DNA of 39,611 nucleotides from a virus. How positions within the stretch are numbered: position 1 is the stretch's first letter; each line of letters begins with the position of its first letter. Shown here piece by piece: positions 28,401 to 36,469 of the stretch. The translations under genes and the position numbers were made by a program. Below the pieces are notes generated by a model. It did not search any database and was not told the origin of the DNA. It saw only the letters and a list, made by a program, of their open reading frames with translations. Location of the stretch: the UHGV virus genome UHGV-0179848. One strand, given 5' to 3'.

Positions 28401-28901
28401 TCAGACTTTCGGCAAATCGTAGCGACATAACCATTCATCCGCCGAACGGCGGGCCTCAAGACCGGGGAGTTTCACCCCCTTCGAATAAATCCAGCGGATG
28501 TACTGCTTACAGGACGCGGGCATCTGCCCGGCATTGATCAGGCGCAGAAGCGTGGAGTTGCGGAAGTTCGTTTCACCAGCCCAGAAGATCCACGAAGCCA
28601 GCGCCACCGTCTGACCACGGGTAAGCGGCACCTGAACACGCCGATCAATGGCCGCAAAGGCCCATTTCATGTCCTTTTCCAGTAGTTCCAGGCATTCTTC
28701 ATCCGTCAGGGTCATACCCGGTTTCACATCCGGGCCGGTATGGCCGTAACAGATGGTTGGTGTACCGGTGGGATCGATATACGTGGAGTTTTCTTTCCCT
28801 TCCCAGTAACCGGTGTAATGCGTGGTAATGGTGAACGTCCCGGCACCGGCCAGAACAAGGGCAATCAGCTTTTTACGCAGTGGTGCGGGGAGTTTTGGCA
28901 T
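28401..28901 (-). CDS. lys: SAR endolysin (phage lysozyme, GH24-like)
   Basis: N-terminal signal-anchor-release segment LIALVLAGAGTFTITT followed by lysozyme catalytic region YWEGKENSTYIDPTGTPTICYGHT. Confidence 0.85.
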   Translation of the reverse strand: MPKLPAPLRKKLIALVLAGAGTFTITTHYTGYWEGKENSTYIDPTGTPTICYGHTGPDVKPGMTLTDEECLELLEKDMKWAFAAIDRRVQVPLTRGQTVALASWIFWAGETNFRNSTLLRLINAGQMPASCKQYIRWIYSKGVKLPGLEARRSADEWLCRYDLPKV

Positions 28902-28972
28902 TGTTACGCTGTCTCATGATGTTCTCTGAGTCAGCGTAACGGTGAAGGAAAGGCGGCAGGCTTTGCGGAATA

Positions 28973-29395
28973 TCAGAAAAGTGGCGGTTGCGTTCTTGCC
29001 AGATGCAGACGGCGCTGTTCGCGTATGACGGTATAAATCTGGGTTTCTGACATCCTGTAATGGCGGCGCAGGGTTTCAATTTTTTCGCCCTGGCTCCAGC
29101 GGGAAAAAATCTCATTATTGCGCAGTTCGGTGAAAAGGGATTCACCGACCGGGAGATAATAACCACGCCCGCCCATGTACCCGGCCTGTGCGGCCGCAAC
29201 TTTACGGGCAAGCATTCCTGCCTGAGCAGGTTCAATCCCCTGACGGTGCAGTTCAGCACTGATCACATCAACCAGGTCCCGCAGCGTGCCGGGCCAGTTC
29301 TTTTTCAGCTCATCATCAGGAATGTCATCCAGACGGTCAATCAGCGCGTGCAGCTGTTCGCTGTCACCAAACATGCTCATCTGTGTTTCAGCCAT
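28973..29395 (-). CDS. Mor/C-family transcriptional activator (only family member in window)
   Basis: 140 aa with C-terminal HTH region resembling Mu Mor; sits between early region and lys. Confidence 0.75.
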   Translation of the reverse strand: MAETQMSMFGDSEQLHALIDRLDDIPDDELKKNWPGTLRDLVDVISAELHRQGIEPAQAGMLARKVAAAQAGYMGGRGYYLPVGESLFTELRNNEIFSRWSQGEKIETLRRHYRMSETQIYTVIREQRRLHLARTQPPLF

Positions 29396-29437
29396 ACCCG
29401 CCTCCGGTCATCATTACACAGGGCAAGTTTAAAATAA

Positions 29438-29461
29438 AAATCCCGCGCTGTGGCGGGATTT
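29438..29461. terminator. Stem-loop terminator, copy 1 of a duplicated hairpin
   Basis: AAATCCCGC-gctgtg-GCGGGATTT, 9-bp perfect stem, A-run upstream and T after. Confidence 0.5.
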
Positions 29462-29735
29462 AGAGGCGCTGTAAATCATAACCCGAAATGAGCTGTGTAT
29501 TTATTGATCATTTTCCGGTGTAACTATATGATAAAGATCGTTTTTATTTTTAAAAATACAAACCCTGAAGGAGTTTTTCTTATCAAAAAGCTTGTGCATA
29601 TTGCGGGTTATTGTTGTTTCATCAACATGAAAACCAATTATCCCAACTCTTAAAGCACACCAGGCTTGCTCCAGTGCAAAAACAAATAATTTCAGTCTGC
29701 CTGACAGCGTTCCACCGGAATAAAGGAAGATATCC

Positions 29736-30158
29736 ATGAAACAACCTCCATCTTTGCTTTTATCGTGCCCACCAGAACTGGCCCATGAACTCAATGATCT
29801 GGCGAAAGAGTATAAACTTACAAATCATAATATAGAAGCAGCAACACTTAGTGCTGCCGGAAGCGATATTGTATTGATCGTTCTGGCCGCAGCTTCATGC
29901 GATGGGTTCTGGCAGGCATTAGCCAGTATGTTTCAGACGTGGTTACATCGTAAACCAACAAAACAAACACCCCCGGAAAAGAAAGTTATTCGTAGCGTCA
30001 TTGTTCGTAGCTGGGAACACTATCAGGAGACAACTAAACAAACTGAATTTTATAACTTTGATGCTGATGAGCTGGCTAAATTGATAGCGTTATATGAAAA
30101 ACCAGATGAAACAATTGGTTGCATAATCCCGTCAGAAACGGAAATTCAGGAAAAATAA
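29736..30158 (+). CDS. Moron protein of unknown function (140 aa), opposite strand to all neighbours
   Basis: AAGGAAG Shine-Dalgarno upstream; preceded by ~270 bp AT-rich promoter-like DNA; stop codon abuts hairpin copy 2. Confidence 0.6.
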   Translation: MKQPPSLLLSCPPELAHELNDLAKEYKLTNHNIEAATLSAAGSDIVLIVLAAASCDGFWQALASMFQTWLHRKPTKQTPPEKKVIRSVIVRSWEHYQETTKQTEFYNFDADELAKLIALYEKPDETIGCIIPSETEIQEK

Positions 30159-30182
30159 AATCCCGCACTGTGGCGGGATTTG
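30159..30182. terminator. Stem-loop terminator, copy 2 of a duplicated hairpin
   Basis: AAATCCCGC-actgtg-GCGGGATTT; flanked by A-run and T-run so could act on either strand. Confidence 0.5.
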
Positions 30183-30184
30183 GG

Positions 30185-30694
30185 TTAACAGGGGAATGAT
30201 TTTTCATACAGCCTGCAAACGCGCTCATAACTCATCACTGCACGCTCCGACATATCCAGGGCTGCCAGCATTTTGCGGCGGTGCCAGCGTTTGAGACGCT
30301 CCAGCACATCAGAGGCCAGCTCGGGGTGTTGCTCCAGCCACTGCCAGTTAGCCACACCTTCGCCGCCGTTCTGCGCGGCCGTCTGCGATTGCACCCAGCG
30401 GTTAAGGGCCGTTTCCGCACCATCAGAAATAAAGCCCTGCCGGTGCATCACTTTCCAGATGGCGCGAATTTTGGCGGTCACCGTACCCGGCTTTAAGGCC
30501 CGGTTAACCGGTTTCTGACGCACTTTAAAACCGCGTTTTTTGAAAACATCCAGTACGCGGGATAACTCATCCGGTGACATATCCCGGCAACTGGCTTTAC
30601 CGGTGGCTGCCAGCAGTGCGGATGTATAGGTTTCATCATCCAGAGCAAGCTCGCGTTTTGCCACATGAATGGCAGATATCAGTTTTCCTCTCAT
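30185..30694 (-). CDS. GemA/gp16-like early protein
   Basis: N-terminus MRGKLISAIHVAKRELALDDETYTSALLAATGKASCRDMSPDELSRVLDVFKKRGF resembles remembered Mu gp16 family proteins; sits just before mor as in Mu. Confidence 0.55.
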   Translation of the reverse strand: MRGKLISAIHVAKRELALDDETYTSALLAATGKASCRDMSPDELSRVLDVFKKRGFKVRQKPVNRALKPGTVTAKIRAIWKVMHRQGFISDGAETALNRWVQSQTAAQNGGEGVANWQWLEQHPELASDVLERLKRWHRRKMLAALDMSERAVMSYERVCRLYEKSFPC

Positions 30695-31002
30695 ACCGTA
30701 TTTACCTTTTTACGGACATGGAAAGCCTTTTCTGGCTCATTCCACCGGATATGATGCGTTGGCGGAATAATCATTATGTGCCAGCCATCTCTGGTTGTTA
30801 TTCGGCAGAAAAACTCACCGTTGTATAACACAATGGCCTGCTGAATAAGCGCATCCGCAGCCAGCTCAAGCAGATATCTTTTATCAAAAAGGCTGATAAT
30901 TTTCCGGCATAACCACCGGGTGATAACAAATGCGCCGAAAAACGATGTGATATATAAACACCAGAACAGCAGAGAAATATTGTCCGTTATTTGCTCATCC
31001 AT
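30691..31002 (-). CDS. Hypothetical small membrane protein (103 aa)
   Basis: Hydrophobic N-terminal segment LLFWCLYITSFFGAFVI; coupled to neighbours. Confidence 0.45.
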   Translation of the reverse strand: MDEQITDNISLLFWCLYITSFFGAFVITRWLCRKIISLFDKRYLLELAADALIQQAIVLYNGEFFCRITTRDGWHIMIIPPTHHIRWNEPEKAFHVRKKVNTV

Positions 31003-31327
31003 TGTGTATCTCCCGTAATTCCGGTAAAGCCGAAATATGGCACCAGTGCGTCACCTGTCCATCCTCATCTTCAAGGCAGGCTCCGGTTTCTTCATCAACA
31101 AAAAAACCTTCATACCCGATATGGCCGATGCGCAGCTCCTGTCGGTGACCGTACTGAACAATCAGTACAACAGCCTCCATATCAGGCGGGAAAGCATCAT
31201 TCAGTGAATGCCAGGGATAACCGCGCAAATCCCCGAAATAAACCCCGGTCAGGGTTCCGCCACAGACCGGCATCCCGGCGGCACATACCAGAGGTTCGTC
31301 TGATTCAACAAATAAGGTCGTTATCAT
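30995..31327 (-). CDS. Hypothetical early protein (110 aa)
   Basis: ORF in operon context with overlapping start/stop. Confidence 0.45.
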   Translation of the reverse strand: MITTLFVESDEPLVCAAGMPVCGGTLTGVYFGDLRGYPWHSLNDAFPPDMEAVVLIVQYGHRQELRIGHIGYEGFFVDEETGACLEDEDGQVTHWCHISALPELREIHNG

Positions 31328-31875
31328 GGCGTTAACTCCCGTAATACAGCGTCCCCGGCAGTCCGGCGATGGTGATAAATAAAATTCACCGTACTCTCGG
31401 ATAATTCAAATTTCTCGCCTATTTCCCGGAAGGTAAGACGTCGTGGTGATTCAGCATCCCGTAATTCACGAATAAGATGAACATCATCGTCAGGTATACG
31501 GGTGAAGGGCAGCAATTCTCCGTATTTTTTCATGCTTACGCCAATATATCGCGCCCGATTGTGGACAGAATCCCGGTCTCGCCCCAGATATTCTCCTATT
31601 TGCTTACCGGTCATCGTTCTGGCATTTTTTCGGATAAATTTATCTTCATCATGTTTAAATCTTGGACGTTTGCATTTGAGCAACTCCGGGTAAGTACCGC
31701 GTAATAAAACAATCCGGTTATGTACACCCCAGAAACTTCTTTTTACCCTGACAGCAATATCCTTAACCGGGGTGGATGAATAAAGCGCAATCAGCAGCGC
31801 ATCTTCTTCAGGTGTCCACGGACGGACATGAGCGGGGGCGCGACCTTTTCGCCCCATGGGTTGTAAAATCATCAT
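31324..31875 (-). CDS. Hypothetical early protein with three tandem HTH-like repeats
   Basis: Three internal repeats (WTPEEDALLIALY..., DEDKFIRKNARTMTGKQIGEYLG..., DDDVHLIRELRDAESPRRLTFREIGEKF...) visible in the translation. Confidence 0.5.
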   Translation of the reverse strand: MMILQPMGRKGRAPAHVRPWTPEEDALLIALYSSTPVKDIAVRVKRSFWGVHNRIVLLRGTYPELLKCKRPRFKHDEDKFIRKNARTMTGKQIGEYLGRDRDSVHNRARYIGVSMKKYGELLPFTRIPDDDVHLIRELRDAESPRRLTFREIGEKFELSESTVNFIYHHRRTAGDAVLRELTP

Positions 31876-31878
31876 ACA

Positions 31879-32394
31879 TCACCCCCTGACTCGCTTTTCA
31901 GCAGCATAAAACTCATCAGACAGAATTTCGGTCATTTTCTGATTTGCGGGTTTTACGCCGCACTCAAGGTAAATCACATCGTCAACGCAGAACCACTTCA
32001 CAGGGCCAAACATGATTGCCGAGAAATCAATACCCAGCCAGAACAACAGTGCATCGGTTCTGGCATACGTGACGGGCGAATATTCACGCCACAGACTGTT
32101 AAGTTCGTCAGAGGCAACGCGCAGGGCTTTGGGAATACGTGATGTGCGCGGTGTGCAGCTCCAGCCATTCGACGCAGTCGGTTTTCGCCATAAGTCGCGA
32201 TGAAAAGGATATTTGTCATCCATAAAGCGCAGCCCCTTAAAACAAAAGCCACTGATACTGAATTCAAATACCGACCGGCACGCAACATTCAGCACGGCCT
32301 CAAGGCGTTTCGCCTCATCTTTTACCGTCTGGCAGTCCTGCTGGTATTTTTGCCACGCAGCCAGCGCGGCAGGGTTTGATGTTTTAAAGAACAT
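31879..32394 (-). CDS. Hypothetical early protein (171 aa)
   Basis: ORF in early operon; no recognised family. Confidence 0.45.
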   Translation of the reverse strand: MFFKTSNPAALAAWQKYQQDCQTVKDEAKRLEAVLNVACRSVFEFSISGFCFKGLRFMDDKYPFHRDLWRKPTASNGWSCTPRTSRIPKALRVASDELNSLWREYSPVTYARTDALLFWLGIDFSAIMFGPVKWFCVDDVIYLECGVKPANQKMTEILSDEFYAAEKRVRG

Positions 32395-32927
32395 TACTCT
32401 ACCTCCGCAGAAATCGCGGCAGGCGCAGCCGTCCGGTCAACAATCAGGTAACGCAGAACATGTTCGGTGATATTCCAGCCGCTTAAACCGCAGATAATGA
32501 CGCCCAGGCGAATGTCGATATACGCCATCACAAACTGGGGCACGCCTTCTTTCATGGCCTGCTCATCAACTTCAGCCACCACATAAACGGTTTCACAGGT
32601 CAGAACGCCCTGAGCAAATTCCCACGCCATCGACGGAATATCATGCCCCTCAATCCACGGCAGGGATTTTCTGAAGCTGCACCACTGAACATCATCAGCC
32701 GCACCTTCCTGGCTGCATTTGCGACGAACCGGCTGCACCGGGCGGGGACGCGGAATATCATAAAAACCGTTACATTCCGTCAGCACCCCGGCATCGACCG
32801 CATCACGCAGAAAATAAACCATCGAGGATGGCGGCATATTCATTTTTTCAGCCAGAATGCCGCAGGTCAGACGCCCGTAAATACTCAGCCAGTTTTTAAC
32901 CCCTTCAAGCACTTTTGCATCAATCAT
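32394..32927 (-). CDS. Hypothetical early protein (177 aa) with possible N-terminal winged-helix domain
   Basis: ORF in early operon. Confidence 0.45.
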   Translation of the reverse strand: MIDAKVLEGVKNWLSIYGRLTCGILAEKMNMPPSSMVYFLRDAVDAGVLTECNGFYDIPRPRPVQPVRRKCSQEGAADDVQWCSFRKSLPWIEGHDIPSMAWEFAQGVLTCETVYVVAEVDEQAMKEGVPQFVMAYIDIRLGVIICGLSGWNITEHVLRYLIVDRTAAPAAISAEVE

Positions 32928-32930
32928 GAA

Positions 32931-33473
32931 TTATTCCTCCGTCAGCGCCACATATTCAGAATGTTTAATCTCCTGGCATTCTTCAGGAATACCCCCTTTT
33001 ATTTCCCTGCCATAAGCGCCTACTTTAAACACCACGCACAGGGCATCACGGGAGAGCGACGGGGTCCACCAGGAGTCCATGTTAAACATGGAGGGGATTC
33101 TCATTACCCCCAGCTTTTCACAGAGCCAGACAAGGAAATCAGGACGCTTTCTTAACTCGCGTTCAGCGGCTTCAATCATTGCGGCAATCGCCGGTCCTTC
33201 AGGGCATGACTCATCAGGTCTGGCAATAAAGCACGGTCCGTCCCCGATAAAAGCCACATCATCGCGCTTACGCCAGCCCGCAGGCAGAGTACCAGAAAAA
33301 TAAAACTCACTGATTACGTCCATGGCAAACGGCTTTAAGCGCAATCCGGCAGCGCCTGTATTTTTCAGTAACGCCCGAAGAATACTGTTGCGTAGCGGTA
33401 AAACAGTCTGTTGATATTTGGTGAAATATTTATTTGTCTGCACACGGTCTAATTTGAAATAAAAATATGCCAT
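32931..33473 (-). CDS. Hypothetical early protein (180 aa)
   Basis: ORF in early operon. Confidence 0.45.
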   Translation of the reverse strand: MAYFYFKLDRVQTNKYFTKYQQTVLPLRNSILRALLKNTGAAGLRLKPFAMDVISEFYFSGTLPAGWRKRDDVAFIGDGPCFIARPDESCPEGPAIAAMIEAAERELRKRPDFLVWLCEKLGVMRIPSMFNMDSWWTPSLSRDALCVVFKVGAYGREIKGGIPEECQEIKHSEYVALTEE

Positions 33474-33570
33474 ATATCCTGTTCCTTATTTTCAGTTTAC
33501 AGGCGCAGGCAGTCCCCTGACGCGAGCGCCATACTTAAAACGATGTGATATTTAAAGATTTAATGCGGTG

Positions 33571-34101
33571 TTATTTATTCAGTCCGGCGTCCTGTTCAAA
33601 AGGCTCGACATAAAAACTTTCAGCGCCTTTATTCACCTTAATACCGGCAATGCCTTTCACTGCATCCGGCTCCGCCAGGACCGCTTCCTTGTTCACTTCC
33701 TCTTTCGTGCGGATGAATCGCTCAAGCCCCATACGGCGCAGCATTTCAATCACACCTTCCACATCACGACTGACGCTGCATGATGGATTCCCCAGTCGCC
33801 ATGACACCGTTCCGGTGGTCAGATTGGCAGTTTTGGTTTTGCCGCCGTTCGTCAGCTCATCACGGTTGGTTTTGCACCAGTCCTGAATCCCCTTAAAAAG
33901 CACTTTGATTTCTTTTTTAAGGTTTTCAATCTGCGGCGTATAACGGGCGGTGATTTCTGCCACTTCATCATTCATCGCTGTTTCCAGGCGCAGCGCCTCT
34001 CGCTGAATATCGCCCAGGGTGCGGATATCGCGGCTGACCTCTTCACGGGTCTGCGGTGCCGCCTCTGCTGCGGCCTTTAATTTTGTAACGCGTTTTGCCA
34101 T
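33571..34101 (-). CDS. gam: Gam host-nuclease inhibitor (Ku-like DNA end-binding)
   Basis: MAKRVTKLKAAAEA...LGDIQREALRLETAMNDEVAEIT...CKTNRDELTNGGKTKTANLTTGTVSWR is collinear with Mu Gam. Confidence 0.9.
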   Translation of the reverse strand: MAKRVTKLKAAAEAAPQTREEVSRDIRTLGDIQREALRLETAMNDEVAEITARYTPQIENLKKEIKVLFKGIQDWCKTNRDELTNGGKTKTANLTTGTVSWRLGNPSCSVSRDVEGVIEMLRRMGLERFIRTKEEVNKEAVLAEPDAVKGIAGIKVNKGAESFYVEPFEQDAGLNK

Positions 34102-34112
34102 TTTGTTTTTCC

Positions 34113-34433
34113 TTATTGCAATGTATCTGGTCCGTTCTGAACAGAACGGCGTTCAACGGAGCTGCTTACCCCCATGGCCTGCATGGAACCCTGTAGTTCA
34201 TCTGTCAGAAACTGAATGATTGTGGGGCTGTGATATTTAAGAATTTGTGCATAAACATCACAGGGTCCTGCCGGTCTGTTCTCTGTATCACGTTCGATTT
34301 TTACCGTGGCAGTAACCCCCTCCGTGATTTCCTCACTATCATTACCGGCTGGCTTTACTTCATGCATTACGTGGTCAAATTCAAAAATAACGCGTACTTT
34401 GCTCATGGAATTACCCCTGTTGATTAAATTCAT
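34113..34433 (-). CDS. Small early protein, paralogue A
   Basis: MSKVRVIFEFDHVMHEVKPAGN... paralogous to the adjacent 34411-34683 product. Confidence 0.5.
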   Translation of the reverse strand: MNLINRGNSMSKVRVIFEFDHVMHEVKPAGNDSEEITEGVTATVKIERDTENRPAGPCDVYAQILKYHSPTIIQFLTDELQGSMQAMGVSSSVERRSVQNGPDTLQ

Positions 34434-34683
34434 TACCTTTAATAACCCCGGAACGCATGCTCATATCTTTCATGAGCGCACTGGCTTTCATTGCCACAAG
34501 TTCAGCAAAGTCTCTGCTTTCCGCGAGCATAACCACCCCAAAAATCATGGCAGGTCCATCACCTTTCTGCTTTATCCCGGTTGAACGTATGTCCAGACTT
34601 ATCCCCATGCGCACTGTTCCATCCGCGTTTTTATGGATAACGTGCTCCTTGTATTCGAAAATAATGCGTACGACTTTACTCAT
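34411..34683 (-). CDS. Small early protein, paralogue B
   Basis: MSKVVRIIFEYKEHVIHKNADG... paralogous to 34113-34433. Confidence 0.5.
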   Translation of the reverse strand: MSKVVRIIFEYKEHVIHKNADGTVRMGISLDIRSTGIKQKGDGPAMIFGVVMLAESRDFAELVAMKASALMKDMSMRSGVIKGNEFNQQG

Positions 34684-34961
34684 CCTCTGGTCCTCGTTCT
34701 GTTTGGATAACTGACCCGGCGTCTGACCTCACGGCAGAACCGAATCATGGCATTAAAGGCTTCTTCCTCCGTCACCGCTTCCGGTATCCCCGGAACCAGT
34801 AACTGCTCCTGTTCACCACGTCCATGACGCGCCATAACCTCAATCACATGCCGTACTGTGGCAGGCTTTCCGGCAACTATCGGCAATGCACCTTCCGGCA
34901 GGACGTAACCCAGTTCAATGAGACCGCTCGACCACGCCCACGCAATTAGATTTCGTTTCAC
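34680..34961 (-). CDS. Hypothetical early protein (93 aa)
   Basis: ORF coupled to neighbours in the semi-essential early region. Confidence 0.4.
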   Translation of the reverse strand: MKRNLIAWAWSSGLIELGYVLPEGALPIVAGKPATVRHVIEVMARHGRGEQEQLLVPGIPEAVTEEEAFNAMIRFCREVRRRVSYPNRTRTRG

Positions 34962-34962
34962 C

Positions 34963-35217
34963 TCACTCCTCCCAGTAAACCGTGCAGCCGCTGATGCGGG
35001 TAGCCTTCACACGGCGGCGCAGGCCGTTGGTCTGTATGGTGATTTCAATTTCACCGGTTCCCTTAACTTCGCTTACCGGCGGCGTGGTTTTCAGGGCATA
35101 ACGTTGTGGGTAGCGTTTGCTGCGTTCCAGTACCGCACCGGCAAGTTCAGTCAGACGGCGTGCACTGTTCAGGGAGTCGAATAAATTCATTTTTTTACCG
35201 CAGGATTGCATATTCAT
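34963..35217 (-). CDS. Hypothetical early protein (84 aa)
   Basis: ORF in early region. Confidence 0.4.
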   Translation of the reverse strand: MNMQSCGKKMNLFDSLNSARRLTELAGAVLERSKRYPQRYALKTTPPVSEVKGTGEIEITIQTNGLRRRVKATRISGCTVYWEE

Positions 35218-35229
35218 ATAACACCTCGT

Positions 35230-35457
35230 TTATCTGACTTGTTTTGCACCAACAGAACGGCATATTCCCCTGTAAACTTCTGTCGCACCTTCGCGATCAA
35301 GTCCGGCAGATATCACCATTCGTGTGCGGTCATTAAATTCAAAAAGTAAATCACCACATTCTTTATTTTCGGCCAGTGAAATCACCTTCACGTTATCGAA
35401 ATTCACCAGGTAAAAGCGTCCGTAAATATCCGGAATATTAAATACCGCCATAATCAC
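35230..35457 (-). CDS. Hypothetical early protein (75 aa) in the Mu kil position
   Basis: Immediately downstream of B, overlapping stop/start; function not inferable. Confidence 0.4.
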   Translation of the reverse strand: MIMAVFNIPDIYGRFYLVNFDNVKVISLAENKECGDLLFEFNDRTRMVISAGLDREGATEVYRGICRSVGAKQVR

Positions 35458-36395
35458 ACCTGTGAGAGTAATTCAGGGTTGGTATAAACCTCTTTAAAGG
35501 CCGCATTAATATGTTTTTCTGTCAGCACAGCGCCTTCACCACTGGCGGTGATCCACGCCTGGTTAAGCGTATGCGTCAGAACACGTAATGCTCCCGGTTT
35601 TTCAGCGATAGCCTGCATGACGGCCAGCTCGGCCTCACCACTGATCCCCCATGCCCTGGCAATGGCCAGCACATCCGCCTTTTTGGCCTTGCGAAGTTGT
35701 TTTGTACGGGCAAGACGGCTGAACAGGCGCGATAAATCATCAACGGCGCGGCGTCCACCTTTAAACAGTCCGCGCGGGTTACCAATAAGCACCATCCCGA
35801 TCCCCGTGGCGTCCTGGATTGCCCTGAGTTGCTCCAGACCGTCAATACCAAGATGATCCGCCTCATCAACAATCACCAGTCCACGCGTTCCCATCAGGCG
35901 ACGGCGGATTGCGCGGGATAATGCCCCTTTGTTCGCGCGGGTGTAATCAATCCCCAGTTCCTCTGCCAGCTCCAGCAGACACTCCGTGACGCTGGAATGC
36001 GCAGGCGACAGGGTGATCATCCAGGTGTTCGGTTGCTCCTGACAGTAATTACGGGCTGTGGCCGTTTTACCCACACCCGGTACGCCCACAATGACGTTAA
36101 TACAGCCCATCAGGCGAACCGCCTGAAACAGTGCGCGCAGCTCCTGGACTGTCTGCGTTTCAACAAACTGCGGCGGCTCGGGCAGTGCGCTTTGTTTATT
36201 CCAGTTCTCATACCAGGAACGCAGGGAAGCAGCCACAGCAGCGTTATCGCCTTTATATTTCCCCTTACGGAAAGCCGATAATGTGCCGTCGGAAATTCCC
36301 GCCTCTCTGGCGATGGCATACTGCGTCAGTACGCCGCCATCAATAAGTTCATCAATGGTCTTGATTACATCGTTAATATCGGTCATATTATTCAC
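35454..36395 (-). CDS. B: MuB-like transposition ATPase (target DNA activator)
   Basis: 313 aa; Walker A GVPGVGKT; collinear similarity to Mu B (LPEPPQFVETQTV, VIVDEADHLG, KKADV..IA.AW.I.GE, KPGALR). Confidence 0.9.
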   Translation of the reverse strand: MNNMTDINDVIKTIDELIDGGVLTQYAIAREAGISDGTLSAFRKGKYKGDNAAVAASLRSWYENWNKQSALPEPPQFVETQTVQELRALFQAVRLMGCINVIVGVPGVGKTATARNYCQEQPNTWMITLSPAHSSVTECLLELAEELGIDYTRANKGALSRAIRRRLMGTRGLVIVDEADHLGIDGLEQLRAIQDATGIGMVLIGNPRGLFKGGRRAVDDLSRLFSRLARTKQLRKAKKADVLAIARAWGISGEAELAVMQAIAEKPGALRVLTHTLNQAWITASGEGAVLTEKHINAAFKEVYTNPELLSQV

Positions 36396-36469
36396 CTCGC
36401 TTGAGACAGCATTCTCCGAGACAGAAACCTCAAATAACCTGAGTCACCCCTCGGGTTATTTTTTTTATT

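Noticed and set aside
29501-29794. 97-aa minus-strand ORF in the moron upstream region
   Set aside because: Lies in AT-rich promoter-like DNA, overlaps the start of the better-supported plus-strand gene, and has no ribosome-binding site
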